Source: Bugula neritina (taxonomy: Eukaryota > Animalia > Bryozoa). Taken from it: DNA of 64,000 nt. This document shows, in pieces, positions 25,501-39,379 of the stretch; position 1 is the stretch's first letter; each line of letters starts with the position of its first letter. Made by a program: the position numbers and the translations under genes. The notes beneath the pieces are model-generated. The model searched no databases. It worked only from the letters and a program-made list of their open reading frames with translations, and was not told the origin of the DNA. Location of the stretch: positions 7,058,722-7,122,721 of the forward strand of contig OZ037766.1 in the NCBI GenBank assembly GCA_964035545.1, given 5' to 3'.

Positions 25501-28500
25501 CAAAGAGAATTGGCTCTGGCCCACTATAACCTCAAACCGAGCCAGCTCGTAACTACCTGAAACTGTAGCTATAATCGAGTAGAAATACCTGGTAATATTT
25601 CGTCAGAGCTGCAAGAAAGCAATTCTTAAGTCCACTTATGAGCTCCTCCCCAGGTGCCTGTGTTGTGACTCGACTGTAGTATCTGGTGGCAGACTTGTTC
25701 AGAGAGGCAACAAGTCCGGCCACTGATCGACCTCTGCCCTTAGCGCTGTCGTGATACACATCTATGCCCACATACATAGTGTTGCTCTACAAATCAGAAT
25801 TATATTGATCTAATCATCCTTTAAAAAAATTCCTAAACACTATCATCCTACACATTTCTATAAATTGAATTTACTTTTTCAAATTTAATTTATAACAAAC
25901 GATGCCACTAATGAAAACTGTATTAGAGACGTATTAGATATAATTCTTAAGTCACATATTTTCACACAATATTTTTAGAAGAGGGGATTTTGGATCGACT
26001 CAAAGTATGCACAGTGTATGGCATGCACAGTATACGATATTTACAGTATACGATATGTACAGTGTATGACATGCACAGTATACGATATGTACAGTGTATG
26101 ACATGCACAGTGTACGATATTTACAGTGTATAATATTTACAGTGTGTGATATCTACCATATGTCACACACACACAGCATACCACACGGACAGCTAATATT
26201 CTATTAAGGTAACTCACCAATGGTATATGCAGCTGCCAAAGTTCTCCACCTAACTTAGCGTTGATCTGCAGACTTATCTTCTGCACAACAGATCTCAACT
26301 TCCTCTCATCACTAATAGTCTTGGATATGATCATCTGCGATGGACACGGACGCTCTGCGCACAAGAGCTTCTTGACCGCGTTGTACTTGTCTTCCCGTTT
26401 GGTGGGGAATATTACAACCACCAATTGGACCTAGAATTATATTTTAAGTGTGAACCACCAACACATACCAGGACAAAGTTAATGTCAACAGCTGGCAGCA
26501 GTTACATAGTCAATCAATACGTTTGGAGGCAAGCTTCAATGTGTTTTTCATAGTTTGAAAACATTTGTGTTGAATGAAACCTCAAGCATAAGTTCATGAA
26601 AACTGCAACCATCACAAGAGCACCCATTGCATAATGTGAAGGAATGCAAATGCAGTAATTAAGTGAGGTGCTGCACAGCATTCTGAATTCTGACGTCGGC
26701 TGCTGACACATGCAGTCATAGAGTAGAGCACTATGGTAAGTGATATAGTGTGTTGAGATTGGTTTATTACTAAGGCAACGTGAGTAATGCTAGGTGATGT
26801 TTATGTAATACAATGTTTTATGTAACACAATGAGTCACATCAGTATATAATATTTATATGCACTATTTCCTTTTCAGAAGTAGGTAAAGCACTGCAGATA
26901 TTTTTAAAGCTTGTGACGAAAATAACGATTTCCACAAAGCATGTTGGCACAACCTCAAATCAAAAGTTGGATATAAAATTCAGGGCTTGTGCTATAACAA
27001 CTTTCGGTAAATACAGCCTAGTAGAATCAAACTGGTAAATTTAGCCACTCTTTAGCCTGGGATATTGACTGAAGAGATAAAGGAGCAATAGGTGGCAAAA
27101 GCGCAGTCATTTCTTGAATATCTCAACTGTTTTATACTACAGGGCACTGGCAGCTGGGAGTATCTTAACCTCAGTGGGTCACACACATGTCAGCTGCTGC
27201 ACTAGACAGGGCCCCACTATTTGCCCTCAACAACCAAAGAAAACAATAGCAGAACTGTGATCATCACACTGTGACCTATGTTGGAATTTCTATTAAGGAT
27301 GAAACAAATGCTTTGGCAGATAATTTCAAGCCTGTAACCAAGTTGCTCAATGCAAATGAACTCCAGTCATATGATTGTATTAAACAAACTTACTGAGGTA
27401 ATGGCCATGTATGAGATACTGGGCACAAAGAGCTACTAGGTTAGTTTAGCTGCAAAGTCATTACAACTTGTAGTTTATATATCCCAGACATAATACATTA
27501 TATACATGACCATTCTAGCACTGAACACACCAACACAAGCACACAAATTTCTGCAGCACTGTTGTGTGAACTAAAATATGCCTGCAGGCATGGGTACCTG
27601 CTTGCTGATGGAGTTTTGCATGCAGGTAATGTAACTAAAGGTTTACCTGATTATTGACAGAATTTTGAATGCAGCTGATATAACTCTCAGTCCTATCATC
27701 AGGGAGTCGCACTTCCGTAGGCCTTTCAATTTCAATACCAAGCTGCTGTCCAACCTTTGCGTACTGTTTCAAGTAGTTCATGGCTTTATCCCCCTCTCTG
27801 TTAGGGTAAACTAACACCCAGTTTCTCAGATTAACCTAAAGGTACATAAAAAGGCTACTAATGAAACATGAAGCCATGCAGGTATGCAACTAACCAGCTT
27901 GCAATTCCTACTGAATGAAGTGTGTTGAGTAGCAAAGAAAGACCCAAGTAGAAAACCCCAGTGCAGGATACAACAAAATCGAGAAGCTTTTGTTTAAATG
28001 AATAGCTCCGAAAAATTGTAAAAAGCACGAACTGAACTTCAAATCAAAATTATATAAGAAAATATAGGCCAGTGAAACTTCTCAACATAGAAATAGCCTC
28101 ACAAGAAATAAATTGAGTCCCCAAATGTGTGTAAACAACCAACAACCCCGACTATATACATGATTATGTTGCAAGAACCACATACTACAAAGTGGATAAA
28201 CAAATAATTCTTACTGGGTTAACGACAGCATTATTTGTTGCGTCCCTCGTCCAGTCTGCCTTTGGACCTGCAGTGCAAGTATGGTTCTTTCCAAGAACTA
28301 TTTGTTGGGTGGGAAATACCCGTGCCTCAATCTACAACAAACGCACAGTTTATGTCATATAATATTCGGTAAAGTACAAAATACTCAACACCATGTAAAC
28401 AGGTGAGAAAACAGCTATGCAGTTTTTTTAAAGTTGTATGCAATCTAGCAAAGGGAAAATTGTTAAACTTCTAGCAATTTTATGCTTGGCTAATGACTAT

Positions 28501-31500
28501 TACTAACATTTCCTATGCACAAGTGCAAGGAAATTAGAATCCTGAAAACTAAAATTGTTCTAAGACTTAATTTTTTAAATATATAATGATTGTACGCAAT
28601 CAAAAAGATAAGGCATATTTATTTTGGCCATCACTTTTAGATATGGAGTCAGACAACAGTTCATTGTGGGCATAGTTTTGGCACCATTCCAGGCATGATT
28701 GTGCACTTTATTCGGACAGATGAGCAACTATGAGTCACAAGTGATGTTGAATCAACAAAATGTGCACCAGCTACAAGTGAATCATTCATATCCCAGCCTG
28801 CAGCTGAAAAAACCCTTGTAGTGATAAAAATAAGCCAATGAGGATAGAGATATCCAATCAGTGATTATAACCCACAACTGCTACATGTTAGCTGATGAAA
28901 TCATCAAGATGACTGTCAAAGATGTTCAGCACTTTTGTGCTAACAAAGAAAAAGATCCCTGTAGAGGTTGCAGTCAATTTGGGGGAATATGAGATGACAG
29001 CATTAGAGGTCATGGGTCAACTCAACAGGGATATAACATAAGTTAACTTTCCTACACACTGTCCTGGGAACTTTTTTATTGGGAACAGCTTACTTGCATA
29101 ATAAAATTAATCAAGAATAATATTAATGTAAAATGACAACCAAACTTGATAAATTCAATAAATTCATCATAGAGCAGATTGCCAGCATAGAATTAGCATG
29201 AATGTGTTTTACTAAGTAGCTGCAGTAACAATGGCTGTGATGTGAATAGTTCAACAATATTATGACCAAGTGATTTTACTACATCAAAAGACCATAGGAT
29301 ACTCATTATGTTATCTAAAACATTCCAATATTGTACCAGCTTGTGGACAAACAAATTACTAATTCAAATGAAAACAGTAGATGCCTGATTAATAAACAAT
29401 AATTATTCACTACTTGTCATCAATCTATTGTTAGCTGACAAAAAAACTTTTCAACTGTATGACCTAATAGCATGCATTATATCATATGTACTGAAGCATG
29501 CACCAACCCCTATACCCATGATTATTTAATATAAAACAATAGAAGAAAAATGTCCTTTTATATGTGCTGTAGAGAAAGCTGTAGAATCTACATAACTATT
29601 ATTGTTTTATTGATATAACACACACACACTACTCATCCTGGTGCGCTGATGAAGGAAGGGGGTAATTTTCTTCTAAATTTAGCTGCCAGTATTAATAAAA
29701 AGTAGGACTAACAAACATATTTTTTGCAGGTCTTTCTGCTGAAATAATCCTAGATGGCCATCAGACTAACCTAGAGCAAAATACAGGAGTGTGATTTTTC
29801 GGGTATATTAAAGTCAAAGAAATTTTTTTTTTCAAGTTCCAGTTATTACTTGGCTGCTAAAATCATAGCTGCTGGTAAAAGAAATACAGAAAAGTTGTTT
29901 CAACTAAATAAATATGCTATCGTGGAAGCTATGAAGTTTTCAAGTGTTTTCTTACTGAAATAAAAAGAATGTTTATGTACATTTATTAGAAACACCACAA
30001 GAGGTGTTATGCAATATAGCTTACGGAGCTAAACAATCTAGTAGTTTCTATTAATACTGACCTTGACTGTATCATCATCTAGCTCGAGTCCCCACATGCC
30101 CAGCTGGGCCATTGCATCTGGGTTACTCTTTACACGACTGATGAATTTACGCACGGAGAGTTGGCGGTTTTGAGGTGTTACTCTGGTGTGGGCTGCAATA
30201 TCCTGTTAACAGAAAAGTAGTGCACTGCACGCATATACAACACAAATAGTCAGTAACATGGGTTTGCAACATATTTTTTAAAAATATTATTTGCTTAGAA
30301 AAACCATTAGTCCATAAAAAGAAAACAAATTACTGGTATCTATTAATTTAGGTAAGGAATTTATCTTATCTTGATTTAATATTTGGGAAGAGGCTTTTGA
30401 AAATTAAATATTCAATATGCTTCTTATAAACATATACAATTAAAATTTAGGTTGAGTTCATTATGGTACAGCCTTTGCTGTATTTTCCCAGTACTGAGAG
30501 ACGGGCTGGAATCTTACCTTCATGACCCTGAAATTCTGCCTCATTTCATCTGTAAGGCCAGTCATATAGGACAACTCCGGTATCAAACAGAGGAGTTCCT
30601 CCCTCTTCTCCCCTGTCGCTCTATCACGACGCTTTGGTCTACTGATCAGCATGGGCTGCTGGTGCTCCTGGATGTGTAGTCCATACTGTTCGCTGATAAA
30701 TATTGGGTGATAGGTTTATGATATAATTAATATGAGAGTAAATGTGTTAAAGAGCTGCTAGCATCTACTCTAGAACATGTGCTAGAGTAGATGCAGCACA
30801 AGCAAAACTACCGAGTAATTTTCCCTCGCGCAAAAAGTCAATCACACTAGAGCTATTTACAACTGGCACAATGATGGTGAGAATGTGTTTACATTTTTGC
30901 AGTGCATAGATTTTGAGTGCAATGCAAAAAAGAAACTAGGAAAATAACTATCAAAAAAGAAATTGAATGTTTAAGCATAAGAAGTAAGGAAACCTTGTCC
31001 AAATTAATGAGTTTGTATTTAGTATTTTGTATTTAGTTAGCCATAGGACAAAATGAAAATGTTCCTTGAAACTGAGAAATTTAGCAGTAACACACTTTTA
31101 CATGCGCTGTGAAGTTTTCCCTCACCGATAATACTGGACGAAAGAACACGGGCCTTCTCGCCTCTCAAAGGAAGAACTGGGATGTTGGGTAAAGTCAATA
31201 TCATCAATTCTATAAGTTTTGTTGTTATATCTGGTGATGACGCTCTGGCCAATCAGAGCTTTTATGACATACTCTTGTTTCTGGTTGTTAGGGATACGAC
31301 CATTGTTGTATATCCCCACCCTATTAAATTAAAAGAATAAATAGTGAATATCTTGAAAAGTATGCAAAGAAAAAAGAAGATAACTACCAATTACGTATTA
31401 GAAATTGGTGTTCCATACATCAAGAAATCAGGGAAAAACTTAATTAGCTTGTTGTAGCCATTTCACCATCTTGTTACCACTTATTTCTGCAGGATATAAT

Positions 31501-34500
31501 ATATGTCATATTAAAAAATAATTAATAGCACAATCACATAATAACTTACATAACATCATAGGCAGTTTCTCGCCTCAGCACCTTGTGAGAAACATCACAC
31601 ATGAGGAGTAGCCCACCGTCGTACTCTGAGACTGTAGTCACGTAGCCAGGCCACACTTCTAACTTGTGCTGGGGAATATTTATGGCTGCGTCTTTGTCAT
31701 AGCTGGATGTCCTTCCTATCTGCACCATGTTGAGGATATTCATAATCCTAGGAAAGTACGAGAGCAAATGTTACGCACCCGTAGATAAACTGAGCTCTCA
31801 GTCTAGAGATAGTCAAGTATTCACATGTTTAAAGTAGCCTGTTAACACTAAAATGGGTGGTCAATTAGGCCAGCCAAGTTTACAGGAGCAGCCAACTGCT
31901 GGGAAGAATATAACAGACAATTATTAGAGCTATCAAAACTTCAGCAATCTAAAAGAGTACATTAGTCATGTAGCTTTCTGAAGCAACTTGGGCAAACAAT
32001 TTGCTTATTGCTAATTTTATAGAAGAAATGCGATACATATGGTATATAGGTATATCTTGATCCTACTTTATAATGAAAATTATAGCTCTATAGTCAGTTA
32101 ACACACCTCTTGAACAGCACATTGTACATTTGTATGCACTGCCTGTTGGTTATGGAGATAGTGTGAACCAGAGTGACCTTGACGGTGACCTGTTGCTGAG
32201 AGTAGGGGTTGGTGCTGAACAGAGTGGTCACCTAGCAACACATGACAATACAAAACATGCTAAACATCGATTCACGAAATCCTAAGAGTACATCACACAG
32301 GCTGCCACATTCCTTTGAGACCTAGGATTTCAAACTCCCTCTATAAATGTCCTAAGGTCTCAAATGGACATTTAAACAACTCTGCCAGGAGACTAGCATC
32401 AGTACTATATGTGAAACATGCCTGAGGCATGCTTTGCTAACAGGAAAATATATGTGGGATTTTAAACTTTTACTGAACTAAATAGTTGAGTCTTAATTAT
32501 TTAGCTTGATAAATTATTAATTTTCATGCAGCAGAGAGAAAATAAGGGTTATTTGAATGGTTGCAATACATTGAGACCACCTAGCTATGGAAAGGCAACT
32601 CCTGTCATTTTAATTAGTAAATTAAATCAAGACAATGATTGTAGCAGTAACAAGTATAAGTTATGGCAGTTTTTTAACATCAAAATAAAAAGCAAACTTT
32701 ACTAAATCTGATCTATACCTTGTTTTATAAAATAATTATCAAGACTGGAAGAAAAATGAAACAGTTCACTCCCTCAACACTTCAACACTATTTACGTGTA
32801 CATCCATCAAACTAATGAGCCTACTCAGTCATGATGTACAGACATTCTGTGAGCTTAAAAGAGGTCAACCTCTAGTAGTATGAAAGAAATTTGTTAACGA
32901 ACATTGAAAACATAATACTATTCTACTTATAATTTGCCAAAGACATATCACCATTATAAAGTAGCAGAAAATTCCTAAACATAAGCCTTCGCACATACAT
33001 TAGTAATCATATGAAATATATGTAGCAACAGGTTAACTTGTTGATCCAACCAAAACTACCTTACATGCAGCTGGCTACAACGTCTACTTGAGAAATGTGA
33101 ATTAGAATGAAACTCACCTTTGATGAGAGCTCGTGAGGCAGAAACAAAACATTCCCATCGAATACCCTGGCCGCACCAATCATATCCTCGTGTGTATACA
33201 GCAGCTTGTATCTCATACCAATAGAGTCCACATTCGGAGTGAAAGACACACTGTACTGGTACCAACACTTGGTCTTGGATTTCAGTCTGATGTAGTTGGC
33301 AGAAACAGGTATGCTAAAACCAGGGAAAAACAAATTCACAAAATATGAAACCAAAATGAGAATAGTAGATGCCAAAAATTCTTATGCTAAATAATAGAAG
33401 TAGATATGAGAAAACTTTGATACATGCTTAAAAAGTTCCTTTTTTTTACAATAGAAAATTATTAGGCCATTGCTGCTTGTATGAAGTAATGAAAATTAAA
33501 CTAAGCAGGTATGTACACACATTAGTATGATTATTTAGCTTATCCGATCTATTGATCTCAACCTATTCGAAATTTTACCTAACTCTTGTTGAGTTAAAAG
33601 TAAAAGGCAATTATATAATCAATTAGTCTTTATAGAACCAACTGCCTACGTACCATAAAACAAGACTTGCTCTAATCACTGAGAGCCCTGAAGAACTCAA
33701 TTAGAGGCAGAGTAATGTGCACAGCACATGCTGCTGATTGCGTGCAATCTGAGGGCCATGATTTCTACATTACACTGGAAAATGTTCAACACACCTGCTC
33801 ACATTTTCAAAAACCCATCATTACCCAAACAATTAGGCAATTGTATTATTAGAGTGAAAAGAAGGTGTAGCATATCTACAAAATTAGACGAAGGAAGCCA
33901 CTGAAAGGTGTTGGAAGCAAATTACAGAGCATGGAGGTGTACAACAGTTGCTGGAGCCTGTGTGTGGTTCTGCTGTCCTGCTGTATTATGACTGCGACTG
34001 CAGAAAGTTACACTAAAGAGACTGTAAATTGTGATTTTGAAGAGGTCAGTTGGTGCGGATATGTTCAGCCCAATGATGTCTCAGATTTGAAATGGACTTC
34101 AGCAACCGAAAGAAATGGCAACCGGTGAGTTGTTGACATACTTGACTATTAGTACTTAATATGAAAAGAAAAAATGATATAAATCAACTATTGTCGAAGT
34201 ATTTTAACAAAAGATGCTTTCAAAAAAAGAAGAAATAATGTAGACATGCTTGTAGTTTGAACATGAGTTGCATTTTACAAATTGTTGCTTTAGATTTGTG
34301 CAGGTGGAAATGCACAACACATCCATACTGGGTGAAAGAGGAAGATTGATATCTCCGGCAATTGAAATACCGGCCACCATTGATGTCGCCTGCCTCACGT
34401 TCAGATACAAATTTCACGGGATTGGACTGACTTTGCTGCATGTGGTGGCGAATGTGTACAGCACAGGGTATCAGAAGTAAGTAGACAGCCTGCTCTGGCA

Positions 34501-37500
34501 GTTTTAGAATGGAAAGTAACTCACAGGTTTACCATTTGAAATTTTACCTAAGCTAACAGTGCAGGTCGGCTGAAACTGCTGAAGGGGGTGTACTAGAAAA
34601 AAATTTAGCTTTGCAAATAGTTTTTAAAAAGCAAAAAAAATTCAATCAAAATAATTATTTTTATTTATTTCTACAAGGAAAAATCTGCACCCAGATCTAC
34701 GGAGCAGTCTATTTGTATACTTTCAGCTATTCACAGTGGTACAGGCGTGACCCGTCTCCCTCGGAGGACTGGCATCGGCAGCAGCTACAAATTCTGCTGC
34801 CGCAACAGTCAGTCTTGATGAGGCTGACTATTGATGTGACATCTACCCAGGACAGATCAGATGAAGAGTCGTATGGTCAAGTGGCAGTTGATGACCTAAC
34901 ATTTACTACTGGTGCTGCGTGTAGCCAAGAAAGAATACTAGACACAGAAGATGATGTTGTAACTACAGCTAAAAGTTCACCGACATCAACCACAACACCA
35001 ATACCAACTACTACAGCAATACCAACAACAACTACCACAGCAATACCAACTACTACAGCAATACCAACTCCTGAAGCTGGTCAGGCAGAAGCAGTTATCA
35101 AAGTGGAAACTTCCAGACCAAAAAACTCGCTAGCAATTTTGCTGAAAGAAAATAAATAACCAACACAACATGAATAAAACTAGCTAACTCTACATTGCAC
35201 GCTTGCAAGCATTTGTATAAAAGTTCAACGTATTTCTTGCTAAATCTACTAATAGTGATTTTCATTTCTAACTTAAATGGTTAGACATTTTAGATTTAAA
35301 TTAATTTATATCTCCTTCATAAACAGTTAATGATTCTTATCTGAGTAGATTCACAGTCATGTAAAACAAATAAATAGCATATTTGATAAAGAAGCTATTC
35401 AACAACTTTTTGATACGGCAAACTAGCATATAGCCTACATTGCTGCTTAGATCTGGAAGAGTGACTGCTATAGTTTGGTACAATTATTGAGTTCAATAAA
35501 TACTTTTCTCGCTAATGATTTTCTAACAGTACCCTTGTCTAGTATTATTGGGACTTTTCCTTGAAAGATAAATTTGTTGAGATATTCTTTTTAGTGACAG
35601 TTTCTTATTTTCCAAGTTTGTGCATATATTTGAATACAATGCATATGTTCATGATGGTAAGATGAGATAAACTTACGGTGTCCCAGTTACACCTTTAGGC
35701 TTGGATATACATTGAGTTTGCTGCTGAGCTTGCTGCCGGGTTTGCTGCTGTGTAGGTGTAGGTTGACTGAGCTGCTGAGGCTGAGATGTGTCAGCCACAG
35801 GAGGTTCATTGAGATTCAGGTGCTTCATTGCAGCTGTGGGAATACTCTGCTGTTGGACAAGAGGTGGTGATAGAGGCTTCACTTGTCTGATTGGTCTTGG
35901 AGGACTCGGCCTGCCAAGGATCACAATATATACAGTATCACATGGTATCACAATATATACAGTATTACATGGTATCACAACATATATACAATATTACATG
36001 GTATCACAACATATATAGTATCACATGGTATCACAATATATACAGTATCTCATGGTATCACAATATATACAGTATCACAAAGTATCACAACATATATAGT
36101 ATCACACCATGTCACAACATATTATGCAGTATTATACAGTAATACATGGTATCATAAGGCATCACAACATAATATTTAATATTATTTAGTGTCACAACAT
36201 ATAAAGCATTACACAGTAATATAAGGTATCACAACGTATATAAGATTACATAGTATCATGACATAAATCACATGTAAATCATACAGCATCACATTATATC
36301 ACAACATATACAGTATTACATGGTATCACAATACATGTAGCATTACATGGTATCACAACACATAGTGTATTATATGCTATCACAACATATACAATATCAT
36401 TTATCATATAGGCTACAATATCACAACATTTATATTACTACAAACATCTTAGTTACTTCAGGGCTTGTCTACCCATAGACAAAGCCAATAAAAGAAGTAG
36501 CCAATAAGGCTTCACCATATTTGCTAAAAACTATATATTTATCACTTGATACAATATATACAATTATGAATATACTTTTTTCATTCAACAGACCACACAA
36601 GAGCTTCTCACCAACTCTGGCATCACGGATAAATCTCAATAGTTCAAGCATATTATCAACTAAACTGAAATCTTTGTCCACTAAGAGCTACAACCATTAG
36701 AATACTTGTGAGTATTCAAGTCTACAATGAAATACATAACTAAAGGAGAAAACAAGAGCCAGAACTTACCCACACATCTCTAACAGAGCCGCACCTCTCC
36801 CCGATGGCTTAGCCCGAGTATTCTGTGAAGATGATGGGACTGTATATGATGAAGAGGGTTCACCGAAACCTGAATGTGGTGTTGGTGGAAGTGAGGTTAC
36901 GGGTAACTGCACTGAGGCGGGAGATTCAGAGGTATTTGGTATCATACTGAGAAGATACGAGCCTCTGCCACCCGACTTGGGCTTTGAACTGGCTGTAGGT
37001 GGCTAGAAAAGGACAGTAGTCAGCATTCTGAGTAAGTTGAGTTAACAACTGCTAATTGGCACACAGAGTATGGCAGAACTTGGTTATCACAGATTTTTAA
37101 GTTATGATTTTGCAATTACGAAAATTACAATTGAAAAAATTCGAGGCACTACCCATTTCACTAATAATGAATATAGAATTGGGCTTAACATTTAAAATTC
37201 TCGGTAATTAGTCATTACAAAACTCTGAATAGACCTAGTAAGTACTTGCTTTGCCCACTTGATTAGTTTTCTACTGGAACATGCACCATTATATGAATTA
37301 AGATAAACACAAATTTATGCTACGAAAGAAACAAAGAAAGATTAGACAACACATATATTTTGTTGTACAAACGCAACATGAATATGCCATATTCACCAAG
37401 TTTTGTTGGTGAAACATTGCTTTATAAAACAAATTTTGGAGTTGTCTAGAGGTTTGCTACAAGCAAGCTTTAACTTACACAGAGAGATATAATCAAAACG

Positions 37501-37693
37501 TATGGACATAGCTAAACAAAGTATAGAAATTATACGGAATATATATAATCCTGCTATTGTTAGTTTAGCAAACCTGTACAGTGGGTGCATTGTGATCACC
37601 AGAAGCTCCAGGAACTCCAGCGGCACCTGGTTTCCTTAGAGGCTCCTCGAGAGCTTTGAGAAGGGCAGAGCCTCTCCCTCCTCTTCCGGCCAT
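22559..37693 (-). CDS. piwi: Piwi-clade Argonaute (PIWIL2/Ago3-like), 17 coding exons, slicer tetrad intact
   Basis: Starts [23 protein letters not shown] (37574-37693). Further exons approx. 36770-37002, 35677-35910, 33118-33313 (N domain, ANYIRL), 32107-32231, 31550-31747 (WPGYVTTV), 31126-31320 ([18 protein letters not shown]), 30518-30692 ([13 protein letters not shown]), 30062-30202, 28215-28331, 27647-27835, 26218-26430 ([21 protein letters not shown]), 25590-25786 (GIDVYH, EELI), 25016-25219 (FRDGVG), 24765-24823, 24460-24637 ([15 protein letters not shown]), 22559-22645 (YAHKLA..LYYL*). The Piwi2/Ago3 subclade call rests on the style of the N-terminus and is less certain. Confidence 0.96.
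26007..26150. repeat. Degenerate ~16-bp intronic minisatellite (ATGCACAGTGTATGAC-like)
   Basis: About 8 tandem units in the Piwi intron downstream of the MID exon donor. Confidence 0.8.
33931..35159 (+). CDS. Secreted MAM-domain protein with Thr/Pro-rich tail (269 aa), nested antisense in a Piwi intron
   Basis: Exons 33931-34124, 34294-34476 and 34727-35159 (810 nt, phase-2 GT-AG introns, in frame). Hydrophobic N-terminal signal. MAM hallmarks [43 protein letters not shown] repeats; AATAAA at 35173. Confidence 0.88.
35918..36430. repeat. ~27-bp minisatellite (TATATACAGTATCACATGGTATCACAA), decaying rightwards
   Basis: Tandem units begin directly at the Piwi exon-3 acceptor. Confidence 0.9.
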
Positions 37694-37849
37694 TACGTCT
37701 ATTGTTATCCAACTCTATATTAAATTTAAATAGTATATAAATTAAAATTATAACAAAATTAAAATTATAACAAAATAAATTTTAAAACATTAATATCAGT
37801 TAAAACTAAAATAGTTAATGTGGGAGTAAGACTTAGACTACACCTTGTT

Positions 37850-38520
37850 GATCTACTTATCTAGTGTTACTGTAAATGCTACTAAGTCTAATAGTAATAC
37901 TAAAAGTAATACTAGTAGTACTAACCAGACTGATATTAGACCTAAGAAGTAGCCTAACCTCGGCTGTTGTATAAGTATTGAGTAGTCTAGTCACTGTCAG
38001 TAGTGAGTAGTCATACTTACCATCACTGAGAGTAAGTACAGTATCAGTATGAGCATGGCTATCACTATCAGTATGAGTATCACTGTGAGATTGAGTATAG
38101 TATAAGTAGTCTAGCCCTGGGCTAAGCTGTTTGTAGTACCTTTGGCTATAGAGCGACACTGACTCAGTCCCAAGACTGTCATTGTGACACTCAAACTGAC
38201 ACTAATTGTCACTATGACATTGACTATGACAGTGCTGGTGTAGTCACAGCCCACAGGCGTCACTGTGGAACTGAGTCAGACACTCACTCTCAGTCTTAGA
38301 GTGTCACTCACTCACGGTCGCTGTCAGCGTGAATGTCAGTCACAGTGTCACTCACACTGTCGGCTTGTCAACTAAAATTTTCCATCACTATCAGTATCAC
38401 CATGACATTGACTATCAGTATCACTATGAGTATGAGTATAACTCTAAGTTTACGACTATCAGTATCACATTCAGTGTTCACTGTCGGTGTCGCTACGGCT
38501 ATGCTTAGTTTAGAAGTTGA
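37850..38520. repeat. Hexamer-periodic ACT/AGT-rich low-complexity tract at the Piwi 5' end
   Basis: AGTATC/ACTATG/AGTATG/ACTGTC-type units at 6-nt periodicity. Confidence 0.7.
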
Positions 38521-38869
38521 ATAGAAGTTCAAGTTAGAAAATGAAATTGAATATTATTATAATTATTACCACAATAATGATAATCATAAGTTAAATTATG
38601 ATGATAATTATGGTATTTATATTGAATTTGATTATCTTTGACTTTAAGTTTAAGTTTATCAGTTTATTTTTAACTTTAAGTTTATGAATCAAATTCAATT
38701 ATTATTATTTAATATCAATATGTCTTTAGCTTTGCAGCAACTAATAACAAAAAACTACTTTACACATTTAAATAGAGATATGATAGTGCTTAAATATTTA
38801 GTAGTTTAAACAAAAATAAAAATGAAAATATATTCTGATCCTAAATCTCTTTTTAATAAAACTACACGA

Positions 38870-39150
38870 GCAGTGGTAAGGCATGCGCATCCAAAATAAT
38901 AATCAACAATGACCTAAACGGAGTCATTTACCCATTACAAAAGCGTTACAATTCTTAGGGGGAATAACTCGGAAGTATAATGCTACGCGTTTTGACTTAA
39001 AGATATAGCCTGTCGGCCAAAGAAAAAATATTGAATTGCAAATATTTAAGGAATATAGTAATTATGTTTATTACTGATTTCAGGCTATAATAAGATTTTT
39101 GCTATAAAATGCGTAATTCACTTTCAAAATGTGCTCCACTGGCACATGGC
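38870..39150. promoter_or_regulatory. Putative bidirectional promoter core between piwi and UMPS
   Basis: Lies between divergent start codons (37693 minus, 40071 plus). Local CpG enrichment with GCATGCGCA (NRF1-like, 38881), CGGAAGT (ETS/GABP-like, 38970) and ACGCGT (38985). Confidence 0.5.
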
Positions 39151-39379
39151 ACCAAAAGCAAAACTCTCAAAGTGAAACTGTTGTGTTTATGTGGAAATTT
39201 TGGTTTTCATAATTCTAAAACCTGCATACATGTATCACTAACAGTAATCGTCAAAAATTTATCTTCCTCATATTGTCTTACTTGAATTAAATGTATTTTT
39301 AGTCATACAAAGTAATAGAATTTCAATTAGAATTATTAATTATGAATTAAATTTCAATTTGACCTACCGGCTCCTACTG

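Noticed and set aside
30761-30794. 34-bp hairpin (GCATCTACTCTAG..CTAGAGTAGATGC) as a Helitron end, terminator or pre-miRNA
   Set aside because: It is too short for a pre-miRNA, has no CTRR end at the expected distance, and has no second copy in the window.
22394-33348. Plus-strand ORFs overlapping piwi exons (e.g. 22394, 25041, 30452, 33133)
   Set aside because: They are antisense shadows of real coding exons with no independent gene structure.
37857-38524. Ser/Thr/Ile-rich ORFs upstream of piwi
   Set aside because: They are products of the hexamer-periodic low-complexity tract, with no domain signal.
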